DNA of 64,000 nucleotides, taken from Octopus sinensis (lineage: Eukaryota). This document shows, one piece after another, positions 63,893-64,000 of the stretch. The stretch is taken from assembly GCF_006345805.1 (NCBI RefSeq), contig NC_043015.1, positions 12,090,001 to 12,154,000 on the forward strand, read 5' to 3'. The position numbers were made by a program, and so were the translations under genes. Positions within the stretch are counted from its first letter, which is position 1; the number at the start of each line of letters is the position of its first letter. Below the pieces are notes generated by a model. That model was given only the letters and a program-made list of their open reading frames with translations. It did not search any database and was not told the DNA's origin.

Positions 63893-64000
63893 TATTAAAA
63901 GTATAATATAATGATTATTAGACACAAAACCAGACATTTGTGGAGAAGAAATAGTTGATTATATCAAGCGCATTATTTTGTGCTGATATGTATTTTATCG

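Overview
Animal, gene-poor, repeat-saturated DNA. The mix of tRNA-derived SINEs, very long tetranucleotide microsatellites and Penelope/Dong/Tx1/CR1/RTE/mariner/hAT remnants suggests an octopus genome (inference, no search run). I found no convincing host protein-coding exon, rRNA, true tRNA or CRISPR array, and almost all long ORFs in the track are microsatellite translations. Main content: a largely intact 5'-truncated Tx1-clade LINE embedded in a (GATA)n tract (9673-13367) and a second decayed Tx1; several R4/Dong-type LINE fragments whose 3' ends abut (TAA)n; CR1-like, RTE and Penelope-like (RT and GIY-YIG) fragments; three mariner remnants; a decayed hAT with an inverted copy of part of its own transposase; many SINEs including a 10-unit ~184-bp SINE array with higher-order structure; four long foldback structures; a 1.35-kb tandem duplication; a 100-N gap followed by a strand-skewed degenerate region. 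The most unusual observation is eight minimal type I hammerhead-ribozyme-like folds with palindromic or 1-nt-loop stem III, including a three-copy family with a non-canonical core (U instead of A6). All alignments and folds were done by eye and coordinates of decayed elements are approximate.
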